A stretch of 54,279 nt of DNA, filler included, from Catajapyx aquilonaris (taxonomy: Eukaryota), in NCBI GenBank assembly GCA_000934665.2. It is 3 parts of 3 records of this genome, joined end to end, with 100 filler letters (N's around TTAATTAATTAA, not from the genome) between each part and the next. Parts side by side here need not be neighbours in the genome. Positions count along the whole stretch, not along the records: positions 36,256 to 54,279 come from JYFJ02006802.1; 2 more parts are not named here. The stretch is one strand, 5' to 3'. The notes under the pieces were generated by a model. The model did no database searches. It saw only the letters and a program-made list of their open reading frames with translations, and was not told the DNA's origin. Made by a program: the position numbers and the translations under genes. Within the stretch, counting starts at the first letter, position 1, and the number at the start of each line of letters is the position of its first letter. Positions 38,044 to 51,224 of the stretch are shown piece after piece.

Positions 38044-39159
38044 AATTCCTTTCATAAAAGTTGTTTTCCAGACTGCTACAGTATGAGACACGAAAAGTAT
38101 AATTTAGCACATAGGTCTCCCAGCATCTCAAGACAATAACTTATTTCGATTGTTTGTAAATGACAATAAATAATGGTGCTAATTTTTTACATCACTGTTG
38201 AAATAATCAGGACGTTCCAATTGAAATGTCCGGGCGATTTTCGGAAGTCCGCTGCTTATTTGAAGCGGTTTATTTTCAATTTTATCTAAAATATTACTTA
38301 CTAGTATTAGCCCGAATTGACTCTGATATCATTCTAAGCTCTAAATTGCAGCGAAATTTTGGTTGAGCATGGCTCATGGGAACAATAAATTATTATTTGC
38401 ATATCACGTCGACAACAGAACTCTTTTTTGCAGGTCAGACCCCCTTGTACAAGCCCTTGTAAGCGGATTCTGGCGTTTTCTGATTGTTGTGCCAACAAAA
38501 GGGTTGTAAGCCTATCTTTCAATATTTATCTCGTTTTATTTAGCTGGAATAAGCAATATAGAGTAAATGGAATCATTTATTTGTTACATACCTTTTCTTG
38601 GTAGTTCTGAAATAATATTCATTCTGTTTTCCGTAGGATTGTTTATGAGAAATGTTGAGTGAAAGTACACGCGAACACTCATGTTTATTGAAGTATCATA
38701 AGGCTTGTCACCAACTGAAAAACAAGTTCACTTGGTGCTTTTAAAAAATGAAACATATTTGACATAAATAGACCAGAATTGCTGTAAAGAGAACGCTGGC
38801 TAGAACACAACATCTTTTATAGCAGGCTTCCAGAGGGTACTGGGAGGGTGGATGTTGCATCGGAAAAAGAGTGGTCGGGAATATCACATTATTATTCATC
38901 TGCAGACAGATTATTTTGTTGGCCTGGGCCAAGAGGATTGCTGCACCTGTGTCCCCTGACTGTCTTATATGCCTCCGTCAACTGGAACCTACAGCGCATT
39001 TGTGTCCGCCACCTGGCCTCCCTGGCAATGACATTGTTGCATTGAAATAAAAAGCTCTTTATACGTGCATTGAGATAAATGAATCGCACTTTATCGGCAC
39101 TACTTACTTTTCGGCTATTGCTGCTACCTCCCTTTGACCCCTTGATCATCCGCATCTGC

Positions 39160-39392
39160 ACCTTCCTCAGGTGGGCTTCCTTTGGGTTGTAATACACCAT
39201 ACCCAGTATACTTGATCTTGTGCTCTTGGTCCGCCTTCCTCGCCAAGGCGTAAAATTGGTCTTCGATGCCTGATCCAGTGCTTTCCAGATTCCGCCGAGC
39301 CGGACGCTAATGTCCCTATTGCTCTCACCCGGATGCGGATGGTGAGATGCTACACCTCGGTGGTACTCTCCTGCAAATAGCATAAAGGCATA
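39160..39392 (-). pseudogene. Sox/TCF-type HMG-box fragment with frameshifts
   Basis: AFMLFAGEYHRGVASHHPHPGESNRDISVRLGGIWKALD, then FYALARKADQEHKIKYTGY in a shifted frame, then back to YYNPKEAHLRK. Confidence 0.8.
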
Positions 39393-40040
39393 ATAATATA
39401 TTATTGGGAGGGCGGGGGATGCGGCACTCGCCTCCACTGCACTGCACTGCACTGGCTTGAATCTCACGTCAGAACCGGCTTCTTCATTCGGGATGGAAGC
39501 AAGAAAGGCTGGAATTCGAGCAACACTGTCAAAATCTGTCATTTCACAAATTTGTTCAACAGTAAAGTTAGTGCATAGTACTGTAAATTTAAAGTATTAC
39601 TTTGCTCTACATTGGATCCACCAGCCTTAAGCGGGTTCACATATGGGTCACTCTGCAAAGTTCTTCGCAACCTCTCCAGTGCAGTGGCACCAATATCATC
39701 TCCTCTAGCTGAGAAGTAATGAGGACCAGCAATATGCTAGCAGTTGCATCATGCAACTGCTTCTGTTGCAATGCACACCAGATAACATATCAGATCATCA
39801 TCATCATCACAGTATTATATTGCTTTCTTTTTTTAATTTAGCTATTATTCTAATTACTAAAATTGACAAATCTCGAATGCTTATACTGTAGTTTTTTAAC
39901 TGGCACATAGGGGCTCCGCATTAGCGTCTACTAACTTATAATGCAAATAATACAGTATTAACAGCTTATGTCGTGTCCGTGAAGCTGGCCCAATCCATTT
40001 AGAATACTGGTTCGATATAATACGCATGAACCATTTGTTT

Positions 40041-40298
40041 ATCGTTTGTTTACATTTGTTTTGATGACCAAATCGTTTGTTTCGGAATGGATTCTTTTTT
40101 CTTAGAACATTGTGGGCGCGGCTAACTTCACGGTAGCCCGACCCATTCACTAAATTGGTCCAATAAGTACATACATCGTTTGTTTATAGTTTGTTTACGT
40201 TTGTTTTGATGAAGAAATCGTTTGTTTTGGAAATAATGCTATATTTTCTAAAAACATTGTGGGTGCGGCTAGCTTCACGGACCCCCGACCCATTCACT
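40041..40298. repeat. Diverged tandem duplication (~147-bp period)
   Basis: TTTGTTTTGATGA..AAATCGTTTGTTT..AACATTGTGGG.GCGGCTA.CTTCACGG...CCCGACCCATTCACT occurs twice. Confidence 0.85.
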
Positions 40299-40666
40299 TC
40301 GTTTGTTTGATATGTGTTAGACTAAACCCCTGAAAACGGCAATTGGGCGAAAAAACGACCAGTACTAGCCCTTTGTGTCGGTGTGGCGGTGGAGCTTTGG
40401 AGTGACTGCACCAGGACTGTCCTTTGTTGTGGCCCTGCCGGGCACGGTCCGTCGCATTGCCCGATAATTTTAGTTAGTTGCAGCTTGTTGAGCGGTTCAA
40501 TAAACCTCATTGTTTTTTAAAGAAAATGCCATTATTAATCATTCGTATAATTCTTAAACGATTTTATTCATACTACGTCAGTTTTAGCTATTTGCCTGTC
40601 CTAAATAATTATACGGAACTAGCAGTATTATCATGTGTTTAGAATTTTCATGTAGGCCTAACACTA

Positions 40667-40667
40667 T

Positions 40668-40727
<60 letters not shown>

Positions 40728-41032
40728 CCCCACCTTATCCCTTATCGGTATCAGCACAGACCTTTATTTGTTAATTAGTTGTACAGTACATTGTAACACG
40801 CCCGGCCCCACGGGCAGGATGACAGGAGGGGATGTGCAAGTGCAGTGCGGTAACGGTGCTTGGTCGTTTTGTGAACTCCCCCGGGTGGTTTAATCTGTGG
40901 ATATACCACCCGAGACGAAGCCAGAGACGACCCCAGAGCTCTGCACGAGATGAAGGGGGTGTCCCCGGGCTGGGATCGAACCCGGGACCTTAACATCCGT
41001 GGGCGCACACGTTACCGCGGCGCCACTCCGTC
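40667..41032 (-). mobile_element. tRNA-derived SINE with (ATT)n tail
   Basis: Head GGAGTGGCGCCGCGGTAAC..GGTTCGATCCC at 40970-41030, (AAT)n at 40669-40726, and a TAACACTA flank on both sides. Confidence 0.75.
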
Positions 41033-42365
41033 TCCCTTCATGTAACACTATTTGATTGATGAGCTTGTTAGAGCCTACTGTATTTACGGCGAAGAGTGCT
41101 ACGTGTTTCTGTTGAACAATTTCCAGACTTGTAATATTGTACAGAGATTTACTGAATCACTGCCTTTTGTTGTAATCGTACAATCTCGCTCTGCAGTTGA
41201 TTATACTAGTTGCGGCGCCATGTTTTACGGCCAAAGTTGGTAAATGATAAAAACATGCAGTTTATCTCTGTGATTATCACGATCTGATCTGGTGTCGGGC
41301 GTGGTGAGACTGGACCTCTAACCCGAAATCATGTTACTAAATTAATTTCGCCGATAAGCCTTCCCAGTTTGCTTTTAAAACTCCCTCTCTTCCGGTCTCC
41401 GATTATCTCTACCGGGCAACAAAGTGCACAGAATTTGACGCCCAACAATGGCGCGGGCGATAGCGTCACTCACAACCGCGTCCATTGTGAGATACGTCAC
41501 TCACAAAATGTGCGGGTTAGCCTAGTTCTACAATGAGAGAGGGAGTTCCCTAGATTATCCGCTGCCATCTGTTGCCAGGTCCTGCTTGTAGAGGATTATG
41601 AATTTCCTTACTGAAAAATTGATTTCACCACGGCTCTTATCTATCACCAGGAAGTAATACAATTTCTGCGTAGGAACTTCACATGAAGTTATTACATGTT
41701 TTTCTTACCTGGAAAATGATCGGGTAATAAAACATGATTAAAGCCAACGATGTTTTAATTAAGTTTAATGTAGCCTACATACAAATTTATCATTTGACTC
41801 GCTGCGCTCGGCGGTGCCCCCCCCCCGTGAATGCGCGAAGCGGACAGGTCCCGAGCAGCTCCCGTCTAACTCTCCGAGGCCCTGGCAATGTGCACCCGAC
41901 TCCGCCCACGTCTCCCACTCTCCGATACGAACAGAGCCAGTCCTTTTACCCGAAAATTGGTCGGAGCGTGGTCGCATCCGGTTACAGAACTGCCACCAGT
42001 GACGTCACCGCTACAGGTGAGTACGATCCGAATGCGTCAAATGGGACTGTGGAGTGGAGGGTGGAAACAGATGTCCGTGAGCGGATTGGGGTCCGGAGGA
42101 GATGGGTGCGCGGCAGTGCTTCCTGACTAGCCATCTGGCTAAGGCCGAATAGGTACAAAATATCGTTTTTTGGCTATAGCTCGCAAACGGCTGGGAAATT
42201 TGTACTTATTAGGATTTTTCGCTTCCCAATAATTAGCTTCGGGGCGGCGGCGGCTTTCCAAGGAGCCTACTCCCAGCCCTCTATGACTTCGGGAAGGGGG
42301 AGATCTTTTCCATCCTCCTACTATATCCTATATACGTAATATCCTCCACGGATAGGGGCTTTATA

Positions 42366-42941
42366 CGAGGGTTGTACTAAAATGATTTACAATTTATTTT
42401 GCCACAAATACAGTGCCCATACGGGTCGACAGATAGTCAAATATTATGGATAGAATCCTCATAGAGCCGAATACAGAGGAGTCGTGGGTGTGAAATCTCT
42501 CCGTGCCCTCCAGGAACAATGTTTTGGAGGTTCGTCGTACCCCTTCCCGGACAACTGCTTACACTCAACAGTGTCCTCGAAATTGCATCAGCGAAGGAGT
42601 TTTTTTCATGGATCTGAACAGGTGAACGCCACTGGGGTCCAAGCCTGGTGAGTGCAGCGGGTGTGGAAGCACCCAAACCCAGATCCGTGAAAAAAACCCT
42701 TCGCCAATGCCATTTCGAGGACACTGTTGCAGTTGTTTACGTTGTTGATTGTGCACCGTTGTCCGGTATTAGGTGCGTCGCAACTCCAAAAAGTGGTTCC
42801 TGAAGGGCCTGGAGAGGTTGACACAGGGTTGACACACCTGTTGTGGTAGTGCATTCGGCTCCAGGAGGATTCTATCTATAATGTGTGACTATCTGCCGAT
42901 CTGTACGGGCACTGTATTCATGGCAAAAAAAATGTAAATCA
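42366..42941 (-). mobile_element. Internally deleted mariner element
   Basis: TA|CGAGGG terminus, ~100-bp inverted arms (42380-42472 / 42852-42941) and residual transposase WVLPHPLHSPGLDPSGVHLFRSMKK, a decayed HPPYSPDLAPSDYHLF motif. Confidence 0.82.
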
Positions 42942-43240
42942 GCCCGGATCCTACCCCGATTGACTCTTTTGTGGAGATAAATGAATGGTGAAAATAATCT
43001 GGATATCCAGCACCTACGGGGAAAGAATGCAACGGTAACGCCAGACATCACTTAGTGAGTTAGGCCGATTACCGAATTTAAATTTGCCGAGAGACAAATG
43101 GAGGTTATATCGAAACAAATTATGGTAAGGCCAAGACTTGACACTCTTCTGAGCATTCAAAACTTAAATCATTAAGATATGTCTACAAGTTTTCGAGTTA
43201 TAGGGTTTTAAAATCCGAGATTTCTTTTTCGATGACCCTG
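42941..43240 (+). mobile_element. 3' fragment of a Tc1/mariner-superfamily transposon
   Basis: SPDPTPIDSFLW (SPDLTPxDFFLW motif) and a decayed TNGGYIE C-terminus; ends GACCCTG|TA. Confidence 0.7.
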
Positions 43241-43247
43241 TATAATT

Positions 43248-43498
43248 GAGGGGTGTGGTGGAAAAATGTGATAAGTTCCTACAAAAGTGTAATTTTTCAG
43301 GAGAGCGAATTTACGTTTTCATTCTCGTAACAATTCATATGGAATGCGGGTTTTGATCTAGTTCATGTGGCCATCTCGTGCATGATACGTGAACTTGGAT
43401 TATACCAAACTCTTTGTCATGTCTTTTACATAGTTGCTACGTGTTTAGATCAAAAATGACAAAAATGAGGGTTATCACCTTTTCCCACCACACCCCTC
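43248..43498. mobile_element. MITE with GAG...CTC termini and AATT TSD (Sola-like)
   Basis: AATT|GAGGGGTGTGGTGG ... CCACCACACCCCTC|AATT. Confidence 0.75.
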
Positions 43499-45174
43499 AA
43501 TTGTTACGAGATATGCCGGAGGTATATACAGTATGTCACTTAAATCGGGCGGTATTAGTTCCGCAGCTTTCCGGTAGAGGGCACAAGATGGACATGTGCC
43601 TCCATCTTGGGTCTGGGTTTATTAACCCGCTTGTGCCTGGCTCGTGAATTTCCCTTCTCCTTCTTGGAAACTGGTTGGAATTTGGGGGCTGTGATACCGC
43701 AGTTTGTGAAGCTGCTCCGTTTAGGATGAGTGGCACGTGAGATAAAGCACAATGTGTGGTGGAATTGGGAGGGCCGAACACGTAAGCCCAAGGCCCGAGG
43801 AGCATCTCAAAGGGCCTTCCTCGCAAACTGTATGGCTCTCCCTTACTTCTATTCCGCCTGGAATCCCAAAACCAGGAAGCACAAGCCACCAAAGGATTCC
43901 TCGCCATTCGTCTTGATAGTGTTGACACGCAAATGCATTCCCGCCAAAGCTCGATTCCTCCCGCCGTGTTGAATTATGGATCACACCCACGATGCCCTGT
44001 GACTCCAGGCGACTTCGGCTTGCATTTTTGCCCCTCTATATTGTTTGCTAGGTTGGTTGCTGTAAATATCACTGCAGCTACCAATATAAGAATAATTCCT
44101 GTATACAAAAGGACGATTCTGGAAATGTCGAATTTGGTTTTGCATTGGATAAGTTATGTGGATCAATCTGGAAATGACTGTAATTGCATTCTTATGTAGA
44201 ATGCAGAAGGGTGGTGGCAGAATTTTCAATCTAAAACTTCCAGTTCCCGACCTTGTGTCTTAACGTTGTTCAGAGAACAGGTTTCGTGTAGTAAGGCTAG
44301 GGAGTAAAATCAATAAAATAATTAACATAGTTACTAGAGCACATAACGGTCACCTTAGTGGGAACATCATCCCCCTAGTTCTCTTTTTGCCTTTCTTCCC
44401 TACGTATCCTTCCCATTTGCATCATACCGAGTTTACCTCCTGTTCACATCAGGGGACCTGCATGCTCGTCATAACAGTGTATTTTATTTTCGCCTATGCG
44501 ACTGATTCCAATGATGTTTGACGAATTCTCTCAATTGGCTGGTAGTCGGTGGGTACGTACCCTGTTCACCCCTCTGACTGCACCTCGAACAGCCGACCAT
44601 ATTTTCGTCATCTGGCTCGTGTAGTGTAGTTACTGATGACGTGCAGTCGTTAAGTCAGGATAGTTTGTGTTCAGATGATTGTTATCGGTCTGGAGAACAA
44701 AATTTGTTTGCGGCCATGTGTCGAATAATGATTTATTTGCGTTGTGAAACACGCTCCATAGCTAGAAGAGCTTACACTCCATGTCGTCCTATGAGCGGAA
44801 AAAGTCGAATAGAGCGGAAGTCTTGGCCACGATTCCCCTAAAACAGTGACACGTGGTAATTAGAGATAAAAGGTCTACACTATGTGCCCTAATGATAGAG
44901 TCAATAATATTTTATAGCATGAACTCCTGGGCACCAGAGGATCACGTGATGTAGGGAGGTCATTTGGTCTTCGCAGCCCCGATACCGAAATAATGGGCTT
45001 CAAACAAAAGGTATGACAGATAAGGATCATTCCTAATAAAGTTGCCTTTTAAATTTGCAATTGAGGTGTTATCATGTGGTTTAAATATAAACGGCTATTT
45101 CATCGGCTTTCACCGAGGCGATATATGTGTCGTTGGCTGTCTCCGTAGCATAAGCGATAGTACAGTATAATATA

Positions 45175-45547
45175 CAGAGTGTTCCCCAATTCGTCTGCCA
45201 AAATGATATGGGTGGTAGGGTGTGCGTAGCCTACGGTAAAGCATGGCATGGGCCCGAATGGCCGTCGCGTCGTCGCTACGTCTAGGAGATGTCGACATTT
45301 GACATCGAGATGTCTATCCTGACAAGTTGGATACCTCCGTGCATGCCTGCATCGCTGGTTGCCGGAATCAGGCGGTTGAGCAGTGGTCTGGTAGTGCGAG
45401 CGCCTGACTCCGGCAACCAGCAATGCAGGCTTCCATACTCTTGTCAGGATAGACATCGTCACCGGTCTTTCGGACCCATGCATGCCTCTTCCATACGCAC
45501 CCCCTACCTTCCATATCATTTTGGCAGAAGAATTCTGGAACACGCTA
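45175..45547. mobile_element. Tc1/mariner-type fold-back MITE
   Basis: TA|CAGAGTGTTCC..TCTGCCAAAATGATATGG / CCATATCATTTTGGCAGA..GGAACACGCTA|TA, plus an inner palindrome CTGGTTGCCGGA..TCCGGCAACCAG. Confidence 0.82.
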
Positions 45548-45734
45548 TAATTCTTGCATTAATGCAAAAATTCTGAATAAGGAGGCAGGGGAGTCCAAAT
45601 GACACCTATAGATGAAGTGATCCACTGGCACCTTGAGGTTTGTCTGAATCATTACCAAGCACCATGTGTAAGGGGCTCACTTGTCAGTGACATGCGATAA
45701 TGTCATCCTCAGAATAATTTTTAACACTGGACAA

Positions 45735-47661
45735 TAGGGCGGCTCGAAAAACACTTTTTTTCAAAAGTTGTAGTTCGCTAGTGAAAAAAAGTTGCGTTGG
45801 GTGATCCTTTTGACAGGTAAAAAATTTGAGTCATGTGGGTTAATATCCTACGGTCCCGCCAGGGGCGTTTGTGACGCAACTTACGGGTTTTTGTTTTTTG
45901 GTGTGCGAGTACACTTACCCGGCCTAAACATAAGAAGTTGTGGCCCTTTGGGGGTGAAATGTCGTTATATTTGCGATATCTTGCACCGTTGACGAGATAT
46001 TGACCAAAATCCCAGGTTCAAAAATTACACCGTTCTGCAAAAAAACACTCTTTTTCGCTCTTTTGAAAACATTTATGTGCTTTTTATGGATTTTGGGGTG
46101 CTGAATCCGAATCCGGCAACAGATTTGCTCTATCACGAACAGTTCATGAGATATATCGTTTTAAAACCTTGGACGGTTTACTTGGGGTCTTTCCGAATCA
46201 AGTGGGCCTAATGTTGCTAGACCGCCTCGGATCTTGGTGAAAATAATCCCAGATGTACTCATCTATTCCGTAACGCTTCCTATAAAAATTCAGCCATATT
46301 GCTCAATACTATGATGAGGGGAAAAATCGCAAACATCTGGAAATGGCTGAGAATGAGGCCTTTTTGGGGGATTTTTTTTCGGTTAGTGCAAGTGGTCAAA
46401 CCCCAATGAACATATATATCAAAAGAAAGGGAAACACCAGGCCAATGCGCCTATGGAATTAGTATTCCTCTAAAATGTAAAAATAAATTTTTATAGCATT
46501 TCATTTGTCACTTGCTCAGTCACATGCCCAAGAATATATTGTGACCTCAACAATTATAATCGACTGTCCTTGGCCGACTCCCTCTAGTACCTTTTACACT
46601 TATACAAAAACGTATATCACTGGTTCGGGCAGTCCTGCGGGGAAAACCCTTATGCAGTCCTGGATATACACTGCGACAACTGTGAAAAACCACAATTCTT
46701 GATTTAAGTGTCGTATCTCCCAAAATCAGTTTTCTCAAAATATGTACGTTATAGAGCCATTCTGACTTCAGATCTGGATTCAGTACACCTTAATTTATAT
46801 ATTCCATCTACCTTTATCCAAAATAGGATTTTTCTGCAGAACATGTTGAGGTCACAATATATTCTTGGGCATGTGACTGTGCAAGTGACAAATGAAATGC
46901 TATAAAAATTTATTTTTACATTTTAGAGGAATACTAATTCCATAGGCGCATTGGCCTGGTGTTTCCCTTTCTTTTGATATATATGTTCATTGGGGTTTGA
47001 CCACTTGCACTAACCGAAAAAAATCCCCCAAAAAGGCCTCATTCTCAGCCATTTCCAGATGTTTGCGATTTTTCCCCTCATCATAGTATTGAGCAATATG
47101 GCTGAATTTTTATAGGAAGCGTTAAGGAATAGATGAGTACATCTGGGATTATTTTCACCAAGATCCGAGGCGGTCTAGCAACATTAGGCCCACTTAATTC
47201 GGAAAAACCCCAAGTAAACCGTCCAAGGTTTTAAAACGATATATCTTTAGAACTGTACGTGATATAGCAAATCTGTTGCCGGATTCGGATTCAGCACCCC
47301 AAAATCCATAAAAAGCACATAAATGTTTTCAAAAGAGCGAAAGAGAGTGTTTTTTTGCAGAACGGTGTAATTTTTGAACCTGGGGTTTTGGTCAATATCT
47401 CGTCAACGGTGCAAGATATCGCAAAAATTACGACATTTCACCCACAAAGGGCCACAACTTTTCATGTTTAGGCCAGGTAAGTGTACTCGCACACCAAAAA
47501 ACGAAAACCCGTAAGTTGCGTCACAAACGCCCCTGGCGGGACCGTAGGATATTAACCCACATGACTCAAATTTTTTACCTGTCTAAAGGATCACCCAACG
47601 CAACTTTTTTTCACTAGCGAACTACAACTTTCGAAAAAAAAGTGTTTTTCGTGCCGCCCTA
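45735..47661. mobile_element. 1.93-kb foldback DNA transposon with ~818-bp TIRs and 8-bp TSD
   Basis: TAGGGCGGC...GCCGCCCTA termini, TSD CTGGACAA (45727-45734 and 47662-47669), arms 45735-46552 and 46844-47661, non-coding spacer. Confidence 0.93.
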
Positions 47662-47756
47662 CTGGACAACAAGGATTGGTAATGTCAAATATGTAGGCCG
47701 AACTAACGAACAAAGGATTCTGACGTCAGCACTATTCTAGGACTGACTAAGTTATA

Positions 47757-48174
47757 CAGGGTGATTCTCTCGAATGGAAACCCAAACATTCCTCATTAAC
47801 TTTTTAACTATGGTATGGTTCCCGATTAAAATGGACATGTACTTACTTTGTATAATGCCAAACAAGGGCTGACTAAAGAATTTACCAAAAGTGGTCCCCT
47901 CCAGCATGCAGGAATTTTAAAATCCGAGTTTGCATAGTGCCGAAGACTTCTGCAGATTGAAGGCGGCGATCCCATCCCTCTCCCACCCACCCGCGTGCTT
48001 GGCGAGAGGGGATCTCAAGGCAACGGTCCGTTGCCAGTTTTGGTAAATTCTTTAGTCAGACCTTGTTTGGCATGATACAAGGTAAGTACATGTCCATTTT
48101 CATCGGGAACCATACCATAGTTAAAAGTTATTGAGGAATGTTTGGGTTTCCATTCCAGAGAATCACACAGACTG
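47757..48174. mobile_element. Tc1/mariner-type MITE
   Basis: TA|CAGGGTGATTCTCT..GAATGGAAACCCAAACATTCCTCA with a ~130-bp inverted counterpart at 48040-48174. Confidence 0.85.
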
Positions 48175-49495
48175 TATTATACTTGCATGTTACCATTCAG
48201 AGTCTATGATGGAACAACAGGATTCTGCGCATATAACATCCTTAATAACCTCAAATGTTGCTTGAAGCGAGCTTTCGCATGCATAGACTTAGATCTAATT
48301 AGGTTACAGTAGTTTACGTAGTTAGTGTAGGTGACTTATATAATAATTGGAGGGCGAGGCAGTCATGGCAAAGGAAGTGAAAATAATATTAATGGCGGAT
48401 ATGTTCATCCTGTGCACTAGGTAACCAAGGAGCTTCTTTTGTTCTCCACGTTGTCTGATTACCAGGGGCTTCGTTCGACTATTCAGACCCTCCTGCGTGA
48501 CTGACAAAGAGCTGAAGTTCCTAATCAGTATAGGGATGAACGTCAAATCATGTAGGCTACGTCCATGTCATTCTAAAGAAAGTTGTCAATATTACTTCGG
48601 GAAGCAATTTCTTCTGCTAGACATGTATACAATTATTCGGCTATATTAGATGACACAGCCACGCTTGTATTTGTTCAAGTTCTTTGAACCCTTATGTTTA
48701 TTCTCAGATTTCCGATATTCTGATAGGCCTAAGGACTAAAATAAAGTAGTTCCGATGAGCAAATGAGGTATTGCTACAGTATTTCAAATATTATAATAAT
48801 ATTTCCCGAGTGTTAATGATAAAGTTAACTTAATTCCAAATTTTGCCACAGCGGAAGTGATTCTTGATCATTGTTTGCATTACTACGGAAAGCATATTCG
48901 CTCCTATTTTGCACTCGGATTTATTCATGGTGCAAATGTGTAATTCAATAATAACCCATGCTAAAATCGGTTATCATTAGCGTGGCATGAACAGCGGGTT
49001 ATCAAATATTGTGCAATGAGGTATTGTGTTACCATAGACTATTTGAAAAGTAGAATAATTATATTAGAGCTTGTAACACACCTTAATCTAAAGACACTTT
49101 CCCAGCAATGTGTTGAATAACTATTGGATGGATGATTTTCATCCCGTGCCCTATGCAACACTCGAATCTTTGGAGCTTTATTATTCATTTGACAACACAA
49201 GCGAGAGTCCATACCACCACCACCTGTTAAACAATGGCCGTAATCAATGCAGGTTTACATTAAGCCAATTGAAACTGGTTTGCATTGCAGACCAGCAGAG
49301 AATCATCGCTGGTGGATATGAATGGAACAGGTCGCACGGATCAAAGCGACGAATATGAAAAACCATAAAGCCATTACGATTCTGCTTACTTGAAACTGAA
49401 CTTTTTGCAGTAACACTCAAACAGTTTATCAGTGATACACTCTATAAAAGTAAATACATACGAGTACATATGCGTTTCTTTAAGATTGAGCGATT

Positions 49496-49693
49496 GGGTT
49501 CAAAATATATACAGTATGTTAGGCTCAAACATCTAAAACGGCCATTGGGCGAAAAAAACGTCCACACTGCAGAATGCTCCATGTCAAACCGTCCATTCTG
49601 CAGAATGCTCCTTGTCCAACCATGCATTCTGCAGTATGGACGTTTTTTCGCCCAATAACCGTTTTCGGGGTTTGAGCCTAACATATACAACCC
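49496..49693. mobile_element. Fold-back MITE-like palindrome
   Basis: TATGTTAGGCTCAAAC..GGGCGAAAAAA.CGTCCA.ACTGCAGAATGC / GCATTCTGCAGT.TGGACGTTTTTTCGCCC..GTTTGAGCCTAACATA. Confidence 0.75.
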
Positions 49694-50485
49694 ATTTGAA
49701 ATGGAATGGCAACACACTACCCCAAATACATTTTTCACAACACTGTTCTCATGTTACTTATTCATCACGCTTAGCTTCATTCCTAAAGGTCAAGTCATGG
49801 TGGCTCATTTTTTGTGCCACTTTCCTGTTGCCTCTGCAGGCAGAGGGACCTGTTATAAAGGCATTTTTTTGCGCGATATATTTTCATCATTATAAAACCG
49901 CAGGCTCCGTGCTGGGATTTTGAAATCGGGTAATTTTCGGTGAAAACTAGGATTTATTTGTCTTTGCTGACTACTCTACACAAAACCACCCTCTAATTTT
50001 CCAAACCATTTATAAAAGTGAAATAGTCTGGAATATATTAGGGTATTTTTAGAGACTGCGAACCCCTTTTGTATTAGAAGAAAACTATGATATACGTATA
50101 GATATGCAACTGGCTTATATCAGTACAATCTGGTATGGGGATTTTTGTGTAATGTTGTATTAATTACGAAAGCCGCAATAAATTGTAGAACAATGATTGT
50201 ATCCTTAATGAAGCTTAGTCCCAGATGCATTAAAGAAAATAAAACGCGGCAGAGCAAGATATTTGAAATGAACACAAACTGCAAGTCTCACATTTTGGGA
50301 TGCGACTGTATGAGTGCAACAAACATGAACGCGGGTAGAAGAAAATACCATTCCCAACACTGATTACTTCTTTCTTCTTCATTGCCAATGGCTCAAAAAT
50401 ATCCTGTGGCCTTGCCTGTGGCTTATTCATACGGCAGTGCCAATAAGTTTCCGCCATCACTGATGCTGTGCACAGAGCTTGGTTG

Positions 50486-50815
50486 TGTGACCATAATATT
50501 TTGGACATGACTATACTTGGTCCCATTATTTTATGCCTCAATGTACTTGCACCCCAACTGGTCACGTGACTTCCCCAATTTGCATTTCCCATCTCGCATT
50601 GCGTTGCGCCACTATATAAGCACGCGTCGCGAGGGCCTCTGGGCCATTCTCTAGGAGAATATCCTGGCGACTGGTCGCTCCTGACTACCTTCCCTAACCT
50701 CGCTATCCTTCTCCTCCCATCTTTTGGTGACATACTGAAACGGAATAAACTGTCTGTCTTTCACTGAACCCACTGACTTATATTTTGTGTGTGCAGCCTA
50801 GCCGCTCAGGTCACA
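50486..50815 (+). mobile_element. 5' LTR of a Ty3/Gypsy element (330 bp)
   Basis: TGTGACC...GGTCACA termini, TATATAA at ~50614, AATAAA at ~50744, immediately followed by the PBS. Confidence 0.85.
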
Positions 50816-50819
50816 TACG

Positions 50820-50837
50820 TGGTGTCAGAAGTGGGAT
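50820..50837 (+). promoter_or_regulatory. Primer-binding site complementary to the tRNA-Leu 3' end
   Basis: TGGTGTCAGAAGTGGGAT is the complement of ATCCCACTTCTGACACCA. Confidence 0.88.
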
Positions 50838-51224
50838 GTTTTGGTCTCCTTCGTGAGTCGCAAAACATATTCAGACAGTTTGGTATACACTATTTGGTTT
50901 ACGTATACGTAAAGTCAAAGTGTTGAGTGTACATGTTCTGGTACTCGTAAGAGTACGAGTGGTTTTACGAGCTCATTCAGTGTGTCTATTGATGGTTATA
51001 GTGTATTCGTACATAGACTCAGGTGAAAGGTGCGTCTTACGCATATGGTTACGAGTCTACGTACGAGGGTATTTCTGTGTGTATAACTAAGAGTAAGGGT
51101 ATTCTTTGTGTGGTTGAAAGGGTCCGGTGTGCGTCTCCCCCTCAGGTGAGACGTGTGACGCCCCCCTTATTTTGGTGTGGTTTGTAAGTCCGCCTGTAGT
51201 CCGCTTTGTTGTCGTTGTATCGTC

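Noticed and set aside
40962..41032. Possible tRNA gene
   Set aside because: Degenerate cloverleaf attached to a body and an (ATT)n tail, so it is a SINE head.
43530..44230. Overlapping ORFs with coding-like composition
   Set aside because: No motif or consistent frame could be supported.
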